From Candidatus Binatia bacterium (lineage in GTDB: Bacteria; Desulfobacterota; Binatia; HRBIN30): a DNA stretch of 64,000 bases. This document shows positions 63,212-64,000 of the stretch, one piece after another; position 1 is the stretch's first letter, and each line of letters begins with the position of its first letter. The notes beneath the pieces are model-generated. The model was not told where the DNA came from. It saw only the letters and a program-made list of their open reading frames with translations, and did not search any database. The DNA lies in assembly GCA_038245295.1 (NCBI GenBank), contig JBBRSP010000004.1:64001-128000 (forward strand), read 5' to 3'. The position numbers were made by a program, and so were the translations under genes.

Positions 63212-63285
63212 CGGGGTGTAGCGCAGACTGGTAGCGCACCTGCCTTGGGCGCAGGGGGTCGCAGGTTCAAATCCTGTCACCCCGA
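63212..63285 (+). tRNA. tRNA-Pro(TGG), CCA not encoded
   Basis: CGGGGTG acceptor stem, CCTGC-CTTGGGC-GCAGG anticodon arm, GGTTCAAATCC. Confidence 0.97.
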
Positions 63286-63333
63286 CTTTTTTCGCAGCTC
63301 GTCACGATCACAAGGGGCGCCACCGCACTCCAT

Positions 63334-63407
63334 GCGCCAGTAGCTCATCTGGATAGAGCAACGGCCTTCTAAGCCGTAGGTAGGGCGTTCGAGCCGCCCC
63401 TGGCGCA
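63334..63407 (+). tRNA. tRNA-Arg(TCT), CCA not encoded
   Basis: GCGCCAG acceptor stem, ACGGC-CTTCTAA-GCCGT anticodon arm, GTTCGAG T-loop. Confidence 0.96.
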
Positions 63408-63476
63408 CAACTCCCTCACCTTCTCGATCTTGGGCTGTTCCGAGTACAATCAAATTCGTGTACTCCCGGGGGCAGA

Positions 63477-64000
63477 ATGTTTGCACCGAACCAACACACG
63501 AAGCCGAGGCTCCGAGGGTCGCGACGTCTGCTGACGGTGTCGCTGTTGCTCATCGCCGGCGGCGCGCCGATTGCCGCGGTCGCGCAGACCAATCCGCCGC
63601 TGGTCGTGACGACAACGGCAGACACGGATGCCCCGTGCGGCGCCGCGTCGTGCACCCTGCGCGCCGCCATCAACGCCGCCAACGCGCGTCCCGGAGCGGA
63701 TCTCATCACCTTCGCGATTCCCGGTAGCGATCCGGGCTGCGAGCAGGATGAAACCTGCACGATCGAGCCGAACGATGCGCTGCCGACCCTGACCGACGCG
63801 GCGACGACGATCGATGGGTTCTCGCAACCCGGAGCGCATCCCAACACGCATACCGGGGTACCACTCGACGCCGTCTGGAAGATCGTCATCGACGGCGTCG
63901 GGCTTGATCAATGCTGCTCCCCCGGCCTCCACAGTCAGGGCCGCAACGTGCGACTGCGCGGCCTACACGTCCAACACTTCTACGATGGCATCTACATCGA
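63477..64000 (+). CDS. CSLREA-domain secreted protein, truncated by the window end
   Basis: Signal peptide, then VVTTTADTD..C....CTLRAAINAAN..PG.D.I.F.IP; open to the end of the window. Confidence 0.8.
   Translation, partial: MFAPNQHTKPRLRGSRRLLTVSLLLIAGGAPIAAVAQTNPPLVVTTTADTDAPCGAASCTLRAAINAANARPGADLITFAIPGSDPGCEQDETCTIEPNDALPTLTDAATTIDGFSQPGAHPNTHTGVPLDAVWKIVIDGVGLDQCCSPGLHSQGRNVRLRGLHVQHFYDGIYI

Noticed and set aside
63212..64000. Integrative element at tRNA-Pro/Arg or tRNA-Leu
   Set aside because: No integrase and no duplicated tRNA 3' end in the window; the downstream gene is a CSLREA surface protein

Overview
GC-rich bacterial chromosomal segment, mostly housekeeping, metabolic and cell-envelope genes. 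The many Thr/Pro-linker surface proteins, DUF1302 and the LLM/hydrolase pair suggest a deltaproteobacterial-like lineage such as Binatia, which is inference only. Core genes: ligA, rsmI, a split glutaminase+nadE pair, gloA, fumC, rph, rdgB, tRNA-Leu(CAG), tRNA-Pro(TGG) and tRNA-Arg(TCT). Envelope and accessory loci: two Lpp/OprI-like alanine-zipper lipoproteins; a surface lipoprotein + TPR/beta-barrel + FecR operon; a MoxR/DUF58/DUF4350/DUF4129/SpoIIM/RDD cluster with SpoIIM inverted; a nine-CxxCH multiheme cytochrome behind a sigma-54 promoter; an LLM-dynamin operon; and a bEBP/REC/PIG-L/DHH/exosortase run ending in a knottin-like lipoprotein. The strongest non-obvious signal is at 47.5-47.7 kb (minus strand): a five-cysteine leader peptide with a complete 1:2 / 2:3 / 3:4 hairpin set and an intrinsic terminator. 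This looks like a cysteine-sensing transcription attenuator, and it precedes the collapsed remains of a sulfur-starvation operon (tauD-like, hypothetical and cysK fragments fused in frame). No integrase, transposase, CRISPR array or rRNA was seen. Domain and family names come from motif recognition, not database searches.
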